Source: an uncultured Synergistaceae bacterium (GTDB lineage: Bacteria > Synergistota > Synergistia > Synergistales > Aminobacteriaceae). Taken from it: DNA of 64,000 bases. Within the stretch, counting starts at the first letter, position 1. The number at the start of each line of letters is the position of its first letter. Under the pieces are notes generated by a model. The model was not told the origin of the DNA, ran no database searches, and was given only the letters and a program-made list of their open reading frames with translations. Below are positions 22,005 to 33,096 of the stretch, one piece after another. Position numbers and translations under genes: made by a program. The stretch lies in contig CAYVKE010000006.1 of assembly GCA_964451935.1 (NCBI GenBank), forward strand, positions 317 to 64,316, given 5' to 3'.

Positions 22005-22053
22005 CAAACAAATATAGCGGTAGAACGTTCCCCGCTATATTTGTTTGTTTTTG
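22005..22053 (+). terminator. intrinsic terminator after yajC
   Basis: A perfect 16-bp stem (CAAACAAATATAGCGG / CCGCTATATTTGTTTG) with an 11-nt loop, followed by T5. Confidence 0.7.
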
Positions 22054-22096
22054 TGTTTTACCATTCTGAAGTCGTTCGTATGAGGAGGAGTTTGGG

Positions 22097-23476
22097 ATGT
22101 TGAGAAAGGACCGGTGGCGGCTCGGAATCGTATTTCTTGTCGTAGTGGTCGCCCTCGTCGCTGTGTTCCCCGTGAACGGGAGGATCAAGCTCGGCCTTGA
22201 CCTGAAAGGCGGAGCGCATATCGTCCTCCAGGCGAAAGGGACGCCGGATAATCCGGTAAACGAGGATAGTGTCGCACGTTTGCTCGCTGTGCTTCGCAAC
22301 AGGATTGATCAGTACGGCGTAGCGGAACCAGTCATTCAGCGCCAGGGAAAGGACCGAGTCATTATCGATCTTCCCGGCATACAGGATCCTGATGCGGCGC
22401 TTGAGCTGATCGGGAAAACGGCTCTTCTTGAGTTTCGGAAGGTTCTCGAAACGACGCAGCCTGTTCCGCCGGGACCCCAGCGAAAGAATTACGATAGCGA
22501 TGACGAGTTCAATCAGGCGAAGAGACGTTGGGATTCGGCGAAGGCCGAGATCGATGCGCAACGGGATGAGTTGAAGAAGAAGGCGAACCCGTTCGAAGGA
22601 GTCATTGTCGCCTCCGACGCGGAAGGACGGGCGTTCCTGCTGGGAAAGGCCCTTGTCAGCGGAAAGCATCTCAAGGACGCGAAAACGTCATACGACAATA
22701 TTGGGCGTCCCGTCGTCACTCTCGCCTTCAATTCCGACGGGGCGAATCTCTTTGACAAGGCGACGGCCGACAACGTCGGGAAACAGATCGCTATCGTCCT
22801 GGACGGCATAGTCGTCTCCGCTCCGGTGGTTCAGGAGCGCATCAGCGGAGGAAATGCGCAGATATCCGGTCGTTTCTCCGTGCCGGAAGCCCAGCGCCTT
22901 GCGATTATGCTCCGGGCGGGCGCGCTTCCCGTCGCCGTTGAAGTTGTAGAAAACAGAGCCGTCGGGCCGAGCCTCGGCGCTGATTCCATTCAGTCGGGAT
23001 TGAGAGCAGGGATCGTCGGGGCGATACTCGTGTTCCTGTTCATGTTGTTGTATTACCGTTTTCTCGGATTGGCGGCGGACTGCGCTCTCGCCGTGGCCAT
23101 ACTTCTTCTTTTCGCGGGAATGATCGCCGTCAAGTCGACGCTGACGATGCCCGGAATCGCCGGGATCGTTCTTACGATAGGCATGGCGGTCGACGGCAAC
23201 GTGCTTATTTATGAACGGATGAAAGAAGAACTGCGGGCAGGAAAAACCCGCTTCGCGGCGATCGACGCCGGTTTCAGAAAAGCGTTGGCGACGATTCTGG
23301 ACTCGAATATCACCACACTCATCGCAGGGGCGGTATTGTTCTATTTCGGGAGCGGACCTGTGCGCGGATTCGCTGTTACGCTCAGCATAGGTATTGTCGC
23401 AAGCGTCTTTTGCAACGTCGTGGTGACCCGGGCTTTGCTTCAAGTCTTCTCCGGCCTGCGGACGCATCGGTCCTGA
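22097..23476 (+). CDS. secD: protein translocase subunit SecD
   Basis: LGLDLKGG, a periplasmic domain, and C-terminal TM segments with IAGIVLTIGMAVDGNVLIYERMKEE. Confidence 0.92.
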   Translation: MLRKDRWRLGIVFLVVVVALVAVFPVNGRIKLGLDLKGGAHIVLQAKGTPDNPVNEDSVARLLAVLRNRIDQYGVAEPVIQRQGKDRVIIDLPGIQDPDAALELIGKTALLEFRKVLETTQPVPPGPQRKNYDSDDEFNQAKRRWDSAKAEIDAQRDELKKKANPFEGVIVASDAEGRAFLLGKALVSGKHLKDAKTSYDNIGRPVVTLAFNSDGANLFDKATADNVGKQIAIVLDGIVVSAPVVQERISGGNAQISGRFSVPEAQRLAIMLRAGALPVAVEVVENRAVGPSLGADSIQSGLRAGIVGAILVFLFMLLYYRFLGLAADCALAVAILLLFAGMIAVKSTLTMPGIAGIVLTIGMAVDGNVLIYERMKEELRAGKTRFAAIDAGFRKALATILDSNITTLIAGAVLFYFGSGPVRGFAVTLSIGIVASVFCNVVVTRALLQVFSGLRTHRS

Positions 23477-23491
23477 GAGGAGGAGCAGGGG

Positions 23492-24361
23492 ATGAAAACG
23501 GCATATTTCGATTTCATGGGGAATAGACGTCTTGCGCTTCTTATAAGCGGAATAATGATTGCGGCAAGCTTTTTCTTCCTGGTGACGAAAGGACTGAATC
23601 TCGGGATAGATTTCACCGGCGGCAACCTGGTGCGCGTGGAATTCGAGAAAGACGTCAGCGTTGCCGATGTGCGCGGTGCTCTTGAGAAGAACAATCAGGG
23701 AAATGCAGTCATTCAGGCATACAGCAATAACGGCGTAATAATCCGGATCGCTGCCGATAAAGAAGAAGACCGGAAGGTTCTTGGGGAAACGATACGGGCG
23801 AGTTTCCCGAGCGCTAAAATCGTCGGATACGAAAAAGTCGGTCCCGTCGTCGGTTCCGAGCTTCGACAGGAAGCGATCATTGCGCTCTGTATAGCGCTTG
23901 TGGGTATCCTGCTCTATGTCACAGTGCGCTTCCAGTTTCGCTTCGCCGTGGTCAGCGTCCTTGCCCTTGTGCACGATTCGATTATCACGATAGGAGCCTT
24001 CAGTCTGACGGGTATGGAAGTGTCATCGACATTCATCGCTGCGATCCTTACCATAGTCGGATATTCGCTGAACGACACCATTGTCGTGCTTGACAGGGTT
24101 CGTGAGAACTGGAAGGACGTACGGAGCAAAGGACTCATTACCGTTCTCAACGATTCCATAAACCAGACGTTGTCGCGGACCATCAATACGTCATTAACGA
24201 CGTTGCTTCCTGTGTTTGCGCTCTTTTTCATGGGCGGGCCGGTCGTTCGTCCATTCTCGTTCGCCATGCTTGTGGGACTGGTGGTCGGGACGTATAGCTC
24301 CATTTTCATTGCGGCTGCATTGTTGGCGGAATGGGCGATCTATTCCCCCCAAGAACACTGA
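23492..24361 (+). CDS. secF: protein translocase subunit SecF
   Basis: LGIDFTGG and TIVGYSLNDTIVVLDRVREN. Confidence 0.92.
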   Translation: MKTAYFDFMGNRRLALLISGIMIAASFFFLVTKGLNLGIDFTGGNLVRVEFEKDVSVADVRGALEKNNQGNAVIQAYSNNGVIIRIAADKEEDRKVLGETIRASFPSAKIVGYEKVGPVVGSELRQEAIIALCIALVGILLYVTVRFQFRFAVVSVLALVHDSIITIGAFSLTGMEVSSTFIAAILTIVGYSLNDTIVVLDRVRENWKDVRSKGLITVLNDSINQTLSRTINTSLTTLLPVFALFFMGGPVVRPFSFAMLVGLVVGTYSSIFIAAALLAEWAIYSPQEH

Positions 24362-24387
24362 CGTCGTTTGCCTGGAGTGCGAAAGAA

Positions 24388-24425
24388 GGGGGACGGGCTT
24401 CGGCTCGTCCCCCTTTCCATATTTT
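24388..24425 (+). terminator. intrinsic terminator after secF
   Basis: A GGGGGACGGGC-ttcg-GCTCGTCCCCC hairpin followed by TTTCCATATTTT. Confidence 0.8.
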
Positions 24426-24567
24426 CCCTTCGGGTTTACTTCGGCAGCGAGGGGGCATAGAATGATTCCGACAAACATCTTTCCGTCTCAAACGAAAAAT
24501 CGGCTGAGGAGAAGAATGTCGATCATTTCAATGAATGTTGTTTGAAATGGAACAAGGGGGAGAGACT

Positions 24568-24996
24568 ATGAGAAGTTATACCGTGGCGATCGCTTTCGCC
24601 GTGCTTGTCTCTGCGATTTTTTCGTATCAGAATCCGGGCGACGTGACGATTCGTTTCCTGGTCTGGACGCGGCAACTGCCTCAGGGCGTCTGGGAAGTCG
24701 CCTTGTTTTCGGCGGGGTGCGTTCTTATGTGGATTGTTTCTCTGTCCGCTCACCTTGAGGGGCGGGCGCGCTTCAGGAAGATCATTCGGGAGCAGACGGA
24801 GCACATTTCGAAGCTTGAGGATGACCGTGCGAACATTCTCAGGGCGATCAGGACAACGCCCGACGTTCTGGACCGGGCGTTCGTAACGGAAAAGGAAAGC
24901 GACGGAGACCGCCGCGAGGCGAATGCGCCGATCGAATCGGTTGAGAAGACGGAGACAGAGGAAATATCCTCTTTCCCGGAAAAGCAGGGAGACTAG
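24568..24996 (+). CDS. LapA-domain (DUF1049, YrvD-like) small membrane protein
   Basis: Two TM helices flank VTIRFLVWTRQLPQGVW, followed by a charged tail. It occupies the same position as B. subtilis yrvD (between secDF and recJ). SD AAGGGGGAG. Confidence 0.6.
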   Translation: MRSYTVAIAFAVLVSAIFSYQNPGDVTIRFLVWTRQLPQGVWEVALFSAGCVLMWIVSLSAHLEGRARFRKIIREQTEHISKLEDDRANILRAIRTTPDVLDRAFVTEKESDGDRREANAPIESVEKTETEEISSFPEKQGD

Positions 24997-25003
24997 AAGA
25001 AGC

Positions 25004-26659
25004 GTGTCTTCATTTTGCGAGACATCCAGGCTCCGGGTCTGCACCCCGGGAGCGTTTTCCCGCACGCTGAAGCAGGATCTTCACTGTTCTCCCCTCGTAG
25101 CGGCTCTTCTCGAAATGCGGGGATTCGATTCCGAGGCCGAAATAGACCGGGCCCGGACGTGGATCAGCCCAAGTCTTGAATTGTTGATGGACGACATTGA
25201 CCTCGGAACGGGGGCTCTCGTTGCGAAAGAAGAATGGCTTTCGGTTTCGTCGTTCGGGAATGTCGTTGTATATGGAGATTATGATGTTGACGGCATCTCC
25301 GCAACAGTCCTCGCCGTTGAGCTGGCGCGAGCGAAGTCGCGCGAGGTGCGCTATTTTATCCCCGAACGCCACAGCGAAGGATACGGCATTCATCGGCGGG
25401 TGATCGCATCGCTGGCCGACATGGGGTGCAACACGCTTCTTGTCGTGGACTGCGGAACCAAAGACGGCGTCGTTTTGGAAGAGGCGTCGCGACAGGGCAT
25501 CCGTGTGATTGTGTTCGATCATCATACCCCGGATAACGAAACGCCCCCGTATAGTGTCACCGTCAATCCTCAAATTGGCGGCAACCTTTCCGGGAGGCGA
25601 CTCTGTGCGGCGTCCCTTCTGTGGGCGTGGGCGTGGCTTTTCGAAATTGCGCCGCGCGAGCGCCTTCGGACCCTGTCCGACCTTGCGGCTCTGGCGACGA
25701 TCGCCGATTGCATGCCTTTGGATCTTCTGAATCGCGCAATTGTCCGGGAAGGAATACGAAAGATGAACCGTGTCCCTCGCCCCGGAATTGCCCGTCTTGT
25801 CCGACGTCTCGGTCTGGAACCGGGGAATGTGAACGAAGAGCATCTGGCGATGAAGGTCATTCCGTGCCTGAACGCCGCAGGCCGGCTCGAGTGCGCCGAT
25901 ACCGCAGTGAATGTGATGCTCGGAGTTCCCTCAATGGAAAGAGATGTCGAGACCCTGATCGAACTGAACCGAAAACGTCAGACGATCTCGACCCGTCTTG
26001 CCCGCGAAATCGGAATTCAGAGAGAGAAGGACGGCGCCCGTGTTTTGTACGGAGAGGACTGGCCCGTCGGCGTATTGAGCGGAGTCGCCAGCCGTTTGTG
26101 TAACGAGAAGAGCACGCCGATCGTCCTCGCCGCGCCGACGAACGGAGCCGTTCGTGGAACGCTCCGCGTCCCGGAAGGCGGAAACGCCATGGAAATCCTC
26201 GATTCAGTGTCCGCCGATCTTCTGGCGTGGGGAGGGCACCGATACGCCGCCGGCTTTTCCGTATCCTGCCAGCGATGGACGTCCGTTCGCGAGCGCCTCG
26301 AAGAACTGCTCGGCACGGTTCGGATCGAACCTCCCGAGGTGTCCGCCCTCGCGTGGCGCCCCGGTGATATCACGCTTGAGGAATGGGAGTCCGTCGACTG
26401 CATCGCTCCGTTTGGAATGGGAAATCCGTGTCCGCTGTTCTTCTTCGAGGCCAGAGGCGACGAACGTACCTCACCGCTTGGAAAGACGGGAGAGCATGTC
26501 CGTCTCGATGCAGGCGGCGTCGATCTTCTCGCCTTCAATGGCGTGGCCCTGCTGCAACGAGACGGAGTGTGCGGGTACGTCTTTCATCCCCGCATCGATA
26601 CCTGGCGCGGAACGCGCAGAATCCAGTTCATCCTCGATCATGTCGTCGTTGAGAACTGA
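25004..26659 (+). CDS. recJ: single-stranded-DNA-specific exonuclease RecJ
   Basis: DHH motifs VVVYGDYDVDGISA, LLVVDCGT and VIVFDHH, plus a DHHA1 domain GGHRYAAG. I chose the GTG 25004 start just after the lapA-like stop. The track start 24923 overlaps that gene. Confidence 0.88.
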   Translation: MSSFCETSRLRVCTPGAFSRTLKQDLHCSPLVAALLEMRGFDSEAEIDRARTWISPSLELLMDDIDLGTGALVAKEEWLSVSSFGNVVVYGDYDVDGISATVLAVELARAKSREVRYFIPERHSEGYGIHRRVIASLADMGCNTLLVVDCGTKDGVVLEEASRQGIRVIVFDHHTPDNETPPYSVTVNPQIGGNLSGRRLCAASLLWAWAWLFEIAPRERLRTLSDLAALATIADCMPLDLLNRAIVREGIRKMNRVPRPGIARLVRRLGLEPGNVNEEHLAMKVIPCLNAAGRLECADTAVNVMLGVPSMERDVETLIELNRKRQTISTRLAREIGIQREKDGARVLYGEDWPVGVLSGVASRLCNEKSTPIVLAAPTNGAVRGTLRVPEGGNAMEILDSVSADLLAWGGHRYAAGFSVSCQRWTSVRERLEELLGTVRIEPPEVSALAWRPGDITLEEWESVDCIAPFGMGNPCPLFFFEARGDERTSPLGKTGEHVRLDAGGVDLLAFNGVALLQRDGVCGYVFHPRIDTWRGTRRIQFILDHVVVEN

Positions 26660-26672
26660 AGGGTGAGCGTTC

Positions 26673-28988
26673 ATGGTTGACCTTCTCGGAAACATCGGAG
26701 AAATCGAACGGATAGACGCCGACGAACAGCCGCCCTGCTCCGAAGAGATAGACAGGAAGGATTCGGCGCGGCTTCGGGACAGTTATCTCGGACGATTGCC
26801 CGAAAGCGAACGAACGATATCCGTGAAGTTCGCATGGCATGAATTGTGGTCGAAGGGAGTCCACTACCTGAAACGGGACGAGCTTCTGAAGCTCGGCGAA
26901 TCTCTTGTCATGGCCGCGCAGTCGCACGGCGAGCAGAAACGTTCGACCGGCGACCCGTATATCGTTCATTCGATCAATGTCGCGTCCATTCTTTCCGACA
27001 TGCAGCTCGATATCGACACGCTGGTCGCCGCGATTCTCCACGATGTCCTGGAGGATACGGACACGCCGAGGGACGCGATAGCGAAAGCTTTCGGCGAGGA
27101 CGTCGTCGTGCTTGTGGAAGGGGTGACCAAGCTCGGAAAGCTTCCCTTCAAGAGTTTTGAGGACTATCAGGCGGAGAATCTCAGGAAGATGTTCGTGGTT
27201 ATGGCCAAGGATATTCGCGTCGTATTGATCAAGCTTGCGGACCGTCTGCACAACATGCGGACGCTCGGCGCATTGAGAAGGGACAAACAAATGCGGATCG
27301 CCAAGGAGACGCTCGAAATCTACGCGCCCCTTGCGCACCGGCTCGGAATCTATCAGGTCAAGCGCGGTCTCGAGGACCTGGCGTTCAAGTATTCCGATCC
27401 CGAAATGTACTACGAGATCCGGCGACGCGTGAGAAAAAAACTTCCGGAACGAGAGACGACGATCCACAAGGCGATGGAGATCCTGCAGGCGCGTTTGCAG
27501 GAAGACGGGATCGCATGCAAGGTCAAGGGGCGCGCAAAACATTTTTACAGCATCTTCGAAAAGATGAACCGCAAGGGGCTCTCGGTCGAGCAGCTCTACG
27601 ATCTGCTGGCGCTTCGCGTCGTTGTCGACTCGCTGGCCGATTGTTATACCGTCCTCGGGATCGTTCATACCATCTGGAAACCCATACCGGGGCAATTCGA
27701 CGACTATATCGCGAATCCCAAGAACAATATGTATCAGTCGCTTCACACGACCGTAGTCGGGCCGACCGGAGAGCCGCTCGAAGTGCAGATCCGGACCTGG
27801 GAAATGAACCGTCTCGCGGAGTACGGAATTGCAGCGCACTGGAGGTACAAGGAAGGCGGTTCCGGACGGGACGATCTCGATACCAAACTCACATGGATCC
27901 GTCAGGCGATCGAGGGAGACTACGAGGGCGGAGACCCGTCCGAATTCATGGAGCGCCTCAAGGATGACGTCCTGACGTCCGAAGTTTTCGTTTTCACGCC
28001 CCAGGGAAAGGTTGTCTCTCTTCCGAAGGGATCGACGCCGATCGACTTCGCCTTTGCGATACACACGCAAATCGGTACGAGATGCGTCGGCGCGATGGTC
28101 AACAACAGAATCGTTCCGATGAGCTACGAGCTGAAAAACGGAGAGATCGTCAAGATCATCACCTCTCCTCAGGGCGTGCCGTCGCGTGACTGGCTCAAGG
28201 TCGCGCGCAGCGGGAAAGCGCGCGGGAAAATTCGGGCGTATTTTCGCCAGATCGAGAAGACGGAACGGATTGAAAAGCTTCAGCGCGGAAGAGACCTGAT
28301 CGACAAGGAAATCCAGCGACGGGGCGCGCAGCCGGTTGTCGGCGATGAGGATGTCATCGCGCTGCTCAACAGGATAGCGAAAGACATGGGGCAGGCCAAC
28401 GGTGAAGACCTTCTGGCGGCCGTCGGCGCGGGATCCCAGAGTCCGAGCGTCGTCGTTCAGAAGGTTGTCGCCAAGATGCAGCAGAGTCTTCCCCCGCAAC
28501 CGGCTCCGGCCGACGCCGTGTACGAAAAAAATGCGTCAGGGAAAAAAGTGGAATCGGAAATCATCGTCGACGGAGCGGAAGGCGTTCAGGTCATCCTCGC
28601 CAGTTGCTGCCAACCTGTTCCCGGAGATACAATCATCGGTTATACGACGCGTGTTCGTGGAATCACCATTCACCGGGTGGACTGCAGGAATCTGAAAAAC
28701 GCGCACACGGAACGCGCCATTGAAGTTTCGTGGGGGGCGATCCCCCTGAACAAGCGGTATGTCGCGCGACTGAAACTCGACGCTTCGGACCGGAGCGGAC
28801 TTTTCGCGGACATCGCCCAAGCCATAATGGCCGCGGAAGGCGGGATTGTCGGCATCAAGGCAAGCGTCGTCGGCGGCAATATCGCCCGGATGAAAGTTGA
28901 GATCAAAGTCCGGAACCTGGAACATCTCTATGCAGTGATCGCACGACTGAACACCGTAAGGAACGTTATCGAAATCACTCGGGGGTGA
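26673..28988 (+). CDS. relA: bifunctional (p)ppGpp synthetase/hydrolase (Rel/SpoT)
   Basis: HD domain HSINVASIL...[11 protein letters not shown], synthetase segment [18 protein letters not shown], and TGS and ACT C-terminal domains. Confidence 0.93.
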   Translation: MVDLLGNIGEIERIDADEQPPCSEEIDRKDSARLRDSYLGRLPESERTISVKFAWHELWSKGVHYLKRDELLKLGESLVMAAQSHGEQKRSTGDPYIVHSINVASILSDMQLDIDTLVAAILHDVLEDTDTPRDAIAKAFGEDVVVLVEGVTKLGKLPFKSFEDYQAENLRKMFVVMAKDIRVVLIKLADRLHNMRTLGALRRDKQMRIAKETLEIYAPLAHRLGIYQVKRGLEDLAFKYSDPEMYYEIRRRVRKKLPERETTIHKAMEILQARLQEDGIACKVKGRAKHFYSIFEKMNRKGLSVEQLYDLLALRVVVDSLADCYTVLGIVHTIWKPIPGQFDDYIANPKNNMYQSLHTTVVGPTGEPLEVQIRTWEMNRLAEYGIAAHWRYKEGGSGRDDLDTKLTWIRQAIEGDYEGGDPSEFMERLKDDVLTSEVFVFTPQGKVVSLPKGSTPIDFAFAIHTQIGTRCVGAMVNNRIVPMSYELKNGEIVKIITSPQGVPSRDWLKVARSGKARGKIRAYFRQIEKTERIEKLQRGRDLIDKEIQRRGAQPVVGDEDVIALLNRIAKDMGQANGEDLLAAVGAGSQSPSVVVQKVVAKMQQSLPPQPAPADAVYEKNASGKKVESEIIVDGAEGVQVILASCCQPVPGDTIIGYTTRVRGITIHRVDCRNLKNAHTERAIEVSWGAIPLNKRYVARLKLDASDRSGLFADIAQAIMAAEGGIVGIKASVVGGNIARMKVEIKVRNLEHLYAVIARLNTVRNVIEITRG

Positions 28989-28992
28989 GCGT

Positions 28993-29454
28993 GTGCGGGC
29001 TGTGGTGCAACGTGTATCTTCCGCATTTGTCACGGTGGATGAACGCAGTGTCGGGCGTATCGGCCCGGGATTGTGCGTCCTCCTGGGCGTCCGGTCCGGA
29101 GACCGGGAGCAGGATGCTTCCTGGATGGCGGAAAAACTGGTCAATCTGAGAATATTCGAGGATGAAAACGGGAAACTCAACCGGTCGCTTCTCGATGCGG
29201 GCGGAGCCATGCTGATCGTTTCGCAGTTCACTCTCTATGGCGATTGCCGCAAGGGGCGTCGGCCGTCCTTCATCGATGCGGCGTTGCCGGAGGCTGCGAA
29301 TGCCCTCTACGAAAAGTTTGTCGAATGTGTCCGGTCCCGCGGGATAGAGGTCGCCACCGGCGAATTTCAGACGCACATGGTCGTTTCCCTCTCCAACGAC
29401 GGTCCTGTCACGTTGATTGTGGATTCTCCGTCAGGTGAGAGTCCATGCGCATAG
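28993..29454 (+). CDS. dtd: D-aminoacyl-tRNA deacylase
   Basis: MRAVVQRV...[17 protein letters not shown]...NDGPVT. Confidence 0.92.
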   Translation: MRAVVQRVSSAFVTVDERSVGRIGPGLCVLLGVRSGDREQDASWMAEKLVNLRIFEDENGKLNRSLLDAGGAMLIVSQFTLYGDCRKGRRPSFIDAALPEAANALYEKFVECVRSRGIEVATGEFQTHMVVSLSNDGPVTLIVDSPSGESPCA

Positions 29455-30089
29455 AGCGTTTCCCTCTCGGCCCGCTCTGGACGAACGGGTATCTTTTTGC
29501 CGATGACGAAAGACGGGCATTTTTCGTCGATCCGGGGGGCGACCCGGAAGAAGTCATCGTTCGCCTGCGACGCGACGCGCTTTCGCTGGAAGCGATCATC
29601 CTCACGCACGGACATGTGGACCACATAGCGGGCGTTTCGCGACTGGCCGAAGAAACCGGGGCGATCGTCGTCATATCCGCTCGGGACGCCACTATGTTGT
29701 CCGATCCCGACGAGAGCCTCTCCCGTTGGCTCGGAGTTTCGTTTCCTCCGGCGCGGCCCGGGCGCACCATCAGTGACGGCGATTTGCTTCGCGTCGGCGA
29801 CATGGAGCTTGAGTTTTTCGACACTCCGGGGCATACGGAAGGGAGCGTTTGCGTTCTCGTCCGGCACGGCGCGGAACGTGTCCTCCTTTCAGGAGACACG
29901 CTTTTCGCCCGGAGCGTCGGCAGAACCGACCTCCCGGGGGGAGATTCGGACGCGCTCGAAAAATCGCTCGGCAAACTGGCGTCTTTTCCCGACACGCTTC
30001 GCGTCCTTCCCGGTCACGGACCGGAAACGACCATCGGAGTCGAGAGATTGTCGAATCCCTACTGGCCTCGCCTCGGGCAGGACGCATGA
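29445..30089 (+). CDS. MBL-fold metallo-hydrolase
   Basis: [18 protein letters not shown] and a C-terminal LPGHG. It overlaps the dtd stop. Confidence 0.8.
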   Translation: MRIERFPLGPLWTNGYLFADDERRAFFVDPGGDPEEVIVRLRRDALSLEAIILTHGHVDHIAGVSRLAEETGAIVVISARDATMLSDPDESLSRWLGVSFPPARPGRTISDGDLLRVGDMELEFFDTPGHTEGSVCVLVRHGAERVLLSGDTLFARSVGRTDLPGGDSDALEKSLGKLASFPDTLRVLPGHGPETTIGVERLSNPYWPRLGQDA

Positions 30090-30751
30090 AAGATCGGCTT
30101 CCTTCTGCGGAAATGCCCCGCGAAAGGCTTCTTCGCGAAGGCTCACAGGCGCTCTCGCTCGTGGAACTCCTTGCGATTCTCTTGCGGACGGGAAACGCAA
30201 AACAGAACGTGATCGAGCTTTCCGAGACGGTGCTCTCCGAGTTCGGAGGTCTGGGCGGACTCTTTCGCGCGTCGCTCTGCGAATTGCTTCGCATTCCAGG
30301 AATAAAGAATGCGAAAGCCTGTTCCCTCGTTGCGGCTCTGGAACTGGCGCGTCGGGCGTCATTGCAGGAAACCGGCGGGGAAATCGTCTCGTGCGGCGAT
30401 CGGGTCACACACTGGAGCAGTCTCCTCGCGCACGAAGAACGGGAATTCGTCGTCTTTCTCTCCCTTGACCGAAAGGGAGCCGTTATCGACGAAAAACGCA
30501 TATCGTACGGAGGTTTGGACGGAGCCTTCGTCGATGTACAATATCTCTTGCGCCGTGCGGTTCGTCTCGATGCGAAATCGGTCGTTCTCCTTCATAATCA
30601 TCCTGACGGATCCCTGCACCCCAGCGCGGAGGACCGCATTCTGACGCGTCACGTACGAGAACGCCTGATGTTGCTGTCTATCGGGCTTCAGGGGCACTAT
30701 ATCGTCGCGAAGGGTCGTTCTGCCTTGATCCCTTCGGACTGTGAAAGCTGA
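30086..30751 (+). CDS. radC: RadC-family JAB/MPN domain protein
   Basis: PRERLLREGSQALSLVELLAILLRTG and HNHPDGSLHPSAED (JAMM motif). ATGA overlap with the upstream gene. The track start 29849 is an over-extension. Confidence 0.85.
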   Translation: MKDRLPSAEMPRERLLREGSQALSLVELLAILLRTGNAKQNVIELSETVLSEFGGLGGLFRASLCELLRIPGIKNAKACSLVAALELARRASLQETGGEIVSCGDRVTHWSSLLAHEEREFVVFLSLDRKGAVIDEKRISYGGLDGAFVDVQYLLRRAVRLDAKSVVLLHNHPDGSLHPSAEDRILTRHVRERLMLLSIGLQGHYIVAKGRSALIPSDCES

Positions 30752-30764
30752 AGGTGGTATTGTT

Positions 30765-31820
30765 GTGTTGAGAGCGCTCTCTGGTATGTTTGGAGCTGAT
30801 GTGGGAATCGACCTCGGCACCGCGAACATCGTCGTGTTCGTTCGCGGGAAGGGGATCGTCATCAATGAGCCCTCGGCGGTCGCTGTTCGGAAGAGGCCGA
30901 AGGGCGGCCCGAGCGAGATTATCGCCGTCGGCCGCGAGGCAAAGGCGATGTCCGGGAAGACGCCGACAGGCGTCACGACGATTTGGCCGCTACAGGACGG
31001 CGTCATCGCCAATTTTGACATGACGGAGGAACTCATCCGTCATTGCCTGCGGTTTACGAACGGCTCGCGTTTTTTCTTCTCTCATCCGCGCGTTGTCATT
31101 TCGGTTCCCGCCGAGGTGACGGAAGTTGAGCGAAAGGCGGTGATCGACGCGACGCTGGGTGCGGGCGCGCGCGAAGCGTATGTCGTCGAAGAGCCGGTTT
31201 CCGCCGCATTGGGGGCGGGTTTGCCCATACAGGAGCCGAAGGGGAGCATGATCCTCGATATCGGAGGCGGAACGAGCGAAGTCGCGGTTCTTTCCCTGGG
31301 TGGAATCGTCGTCACGAATTCCCTGCGGGCCGCGGGCAAGGATATGGATAATGCGATCGTCGCCATGCTCCGGCAGCGGTACGCGCTCTTCATCGGAGAG
31401 ACGACGGCTGAAGAAGTCAAGATCCAGATCGGCTCCGCCCTTCCTCTCGAACCGGAACTCGAAATGGCGGTCAAGGGACGCGACCTTGCGGACGGCCTGC
31501 CGAAAGCGGACATCGTGACCTCCGTCGAAGTCCGCGAAGCGATCGATCCGATCATCCTGCGAATAGAGGACATGGTCAAGGTCGCTCTGGAACAAACCCC
31601 GCCCGAGCTGGCGAAAGATATCGTCGACCAGGGCATCATCATGAGCGGAGGCGTTTCTCAACTGAAAGGCCTTTCCGAACGTCTTTCGCGGTCGCTCAAC
31701 ACGCCCGTCGTCGTCGCAGAAGACCCGCTCTTCGCGGTGGCCCGCGGAGTCGGGAAGATTCTCGATAACCTCGATGTTATGAAGCGCGTATTGATGTCCG
31801 TTGAAAAGGGCTCACGATAG
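30765..31820 (+). CDS. mreB: rod shape-determining protein MreB
   Basis: DVGIDLGTANIVV, DIGGGTSEVAV and GIIMSGGVSQLKGL. GTG 30765 lies 7 nt after GAAGGTGG. Alternative starts are 30741 and 30786. Confidence 0.93.
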   Translation: MLRALSGMFGADVGIDLGTANIVVFVRGKGIVINEPSAVAVRKRPKGGPSEIIAVGREAKAMSGKTPTGVTTIWPLQDGVIANFDMTEELIRHCLRFTNGSRFFFSHPRVVISVPAEVTEVERKAVIDATLGAGAREAYVVEEPVSAALGAGLPIQEPKGSMILDIGGGTSEVAVLSLGGIVVTNSLRAAGKDMDNAIVAMLRQRYALFIGETTAEEVKIQIGSALPLEPELEMAVKGRDLADGLPKADIVTSVEVREAIDPIILRIEDMVKVALEQTPPELAKDIVDQGIIMSGGVSQLKGLSERLSRSLNTPVVVAEDPLFAVARGVGKILDNLDVMKRVLMSVEKGSR

Positions 31821-31841
31821 AGAAAACGGAGCAAGCATCTC

Positions 31842-32630
31842 GTGCGGCTGAAAACCCTGGGAACGGATTGGTTTCATGGCCTGATCGCCCTCGTTCTGAG
31901 CGTGCTGCTGCTCGCTTTCGCTCCTCACAGGGAGCTTCTCCGCGAGCCGGTGACGTTCGTCACGATTTTGCTCTCCTACCCGGAGGCTCCCGCCGTTGCG
32001 CTCGGATCCGTTTTTCGACGGGGAGCGGCATGGTTTTCGGAAAGAACGACCCTGCTTGATCGATTGCGGTTCCTGGAAAAGGAGAATGAGCGACTCGGAC
32101 TCGCAACCCACGTGGCCAACGCTCAAGTTCAGGCCGCAAAACGTCAGCTCGATTCGGCTCTCGGCGATTCGCAGGTTGTCTTCCGGGCTCCGCAAGCCTG
32201 GTGGACGGAGATCCTGATCGACAAGGGGCTCAAGGACGGGTTGCGTTCCGGGACTCCCGTGCTTCAGAACGGTTCTCTTGTGGGACGCACCACCGTCGTT
32301 GAGAATTCGTTTTCTTGGGTCGAGCTGGTGACATCGTCCTCTCTTATGGTGCCGGCCGTCATCGAAGAGACACGGGATCTCGGCGTTGCGGCCGGGGACG
32401 GCCAAGGCGGCGTCTGGCTCCTGTTCATTCCGGAAGGCAGGTCGCTCGTCCCCGGCATGACCGTCAGCACTGCGATGATCAGCGAAATATTGCCTCCGGG
32501 AATCCCGATCGGAAGACTTTCGGAACAGAAAAAACGATCGGACGAGGGATTCGTTTCGTATCGCCTCGAAACCGGGGCCTCTCTCCCCCTGTTGTACTCC
32601 GTCAGCGTCCTGAAACCGAAAGCGAGGTAA
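31842..32630 (+). CDS. mreC: rod shape-determining protein MreC
   Basis: An N-terminal TM segment, a coiled coil (LRFLEKENERL) and a beta-domain ending in ILPPGIPIGRL. Confidence 0.8.
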   Translation: MRLKTLGTDWFHGLIALVLSVLLLAFAPHRELLREPVTFVTILLSYPEAPAVALGSVFRRGAAWFSERTTLLDRLRFLEKENERLGLATHVANAQVQAAKRQLDSALGDSQVVFRAPQAWWTEILIDKGLKDGLRSGTPVLQNGSLVGRTTVVENSFSWVELVTSSSLMVPAVIEETRDLGVAAGDGQGGVWLLFIPEGRSLVPGMTVSTAMISEILPPGIPIGRLSEQKKRSDEGFVSYRLETGASLPLLYSVSVLKPKAR

Positions 32631-32634
32631 GGAG

Positions 32635-33096
32635 ATGCTTTCGGGACTTGTCGTTTGGTTTCTCCAGGATCTCTTTTCCGTCCTTGCGTCCGGTCCGCTG
32701 ATGGTTCCGGAAGCGTTCCTGCTGTTGATGCTCTACCGCGCGCTGTACCGGGCCGAATCGTTCCCGACAACGGTCTGGAGCACCTTCGCCGGCGGAGTGG
32801 TCTTTGATCTTCGGTGGCTGGGGTTTCCCGGCGTCACATCCTTCCTGACGGTAGCGGTTTTGCTTGTCTGCAGATGGTTGTGGCTGACGCTCCCCGTTTC
32901 CGGGAGAACGATCGGACTTACGGCATTCTTCTTCTGGTCGGGACAGACGCTCGTTTCCCTTGCACGCCTGATTCTCTGGGGACTTCCCAGGACGGATATC
33001 ATTCGCATATTGCTGATGCAGCAGGGATATTTCCTTCCCGTGATCGGTATTGTGTGCGCGTTCATCGCACATCTGGAGCGAAAGCAGGATGTCTGA
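32635..33096 (+). CDS. mreD: rod shape-determining protein MreD
   Basis: A small polytopic protein in the canonical position after mreC. SD AAGGAG. Confidence 0.65.
   Translation: MLSGLVVWFLQDLFSVLASGPLMVPEAFLLLMLYRALYRAESFPTTVWSTFAGGVVFDLRWLGFPGVTSFLTVAVLLVCRWLWLTLPVSGRTIGLTAFFFWSGQTLVSLARLILWGLPRTDIIRILLMQQGYFLPVIGIVCAFIAHLERKQDV

Noticed and set aside
24461-24544. A small ORF (MIPTNIFPSQTKNRLRRRMSIISMNVV) and an AT-rich 8-bp hairpin (CATTTCAA/TTGAAATG) in the 206-nt secF to lapA-like spacer.
   Set aside because: The peptide is short, has no recognisable features, and has only a marginal SD. The hairpin lacks a T-tract. This is most simply a 5' UTR.
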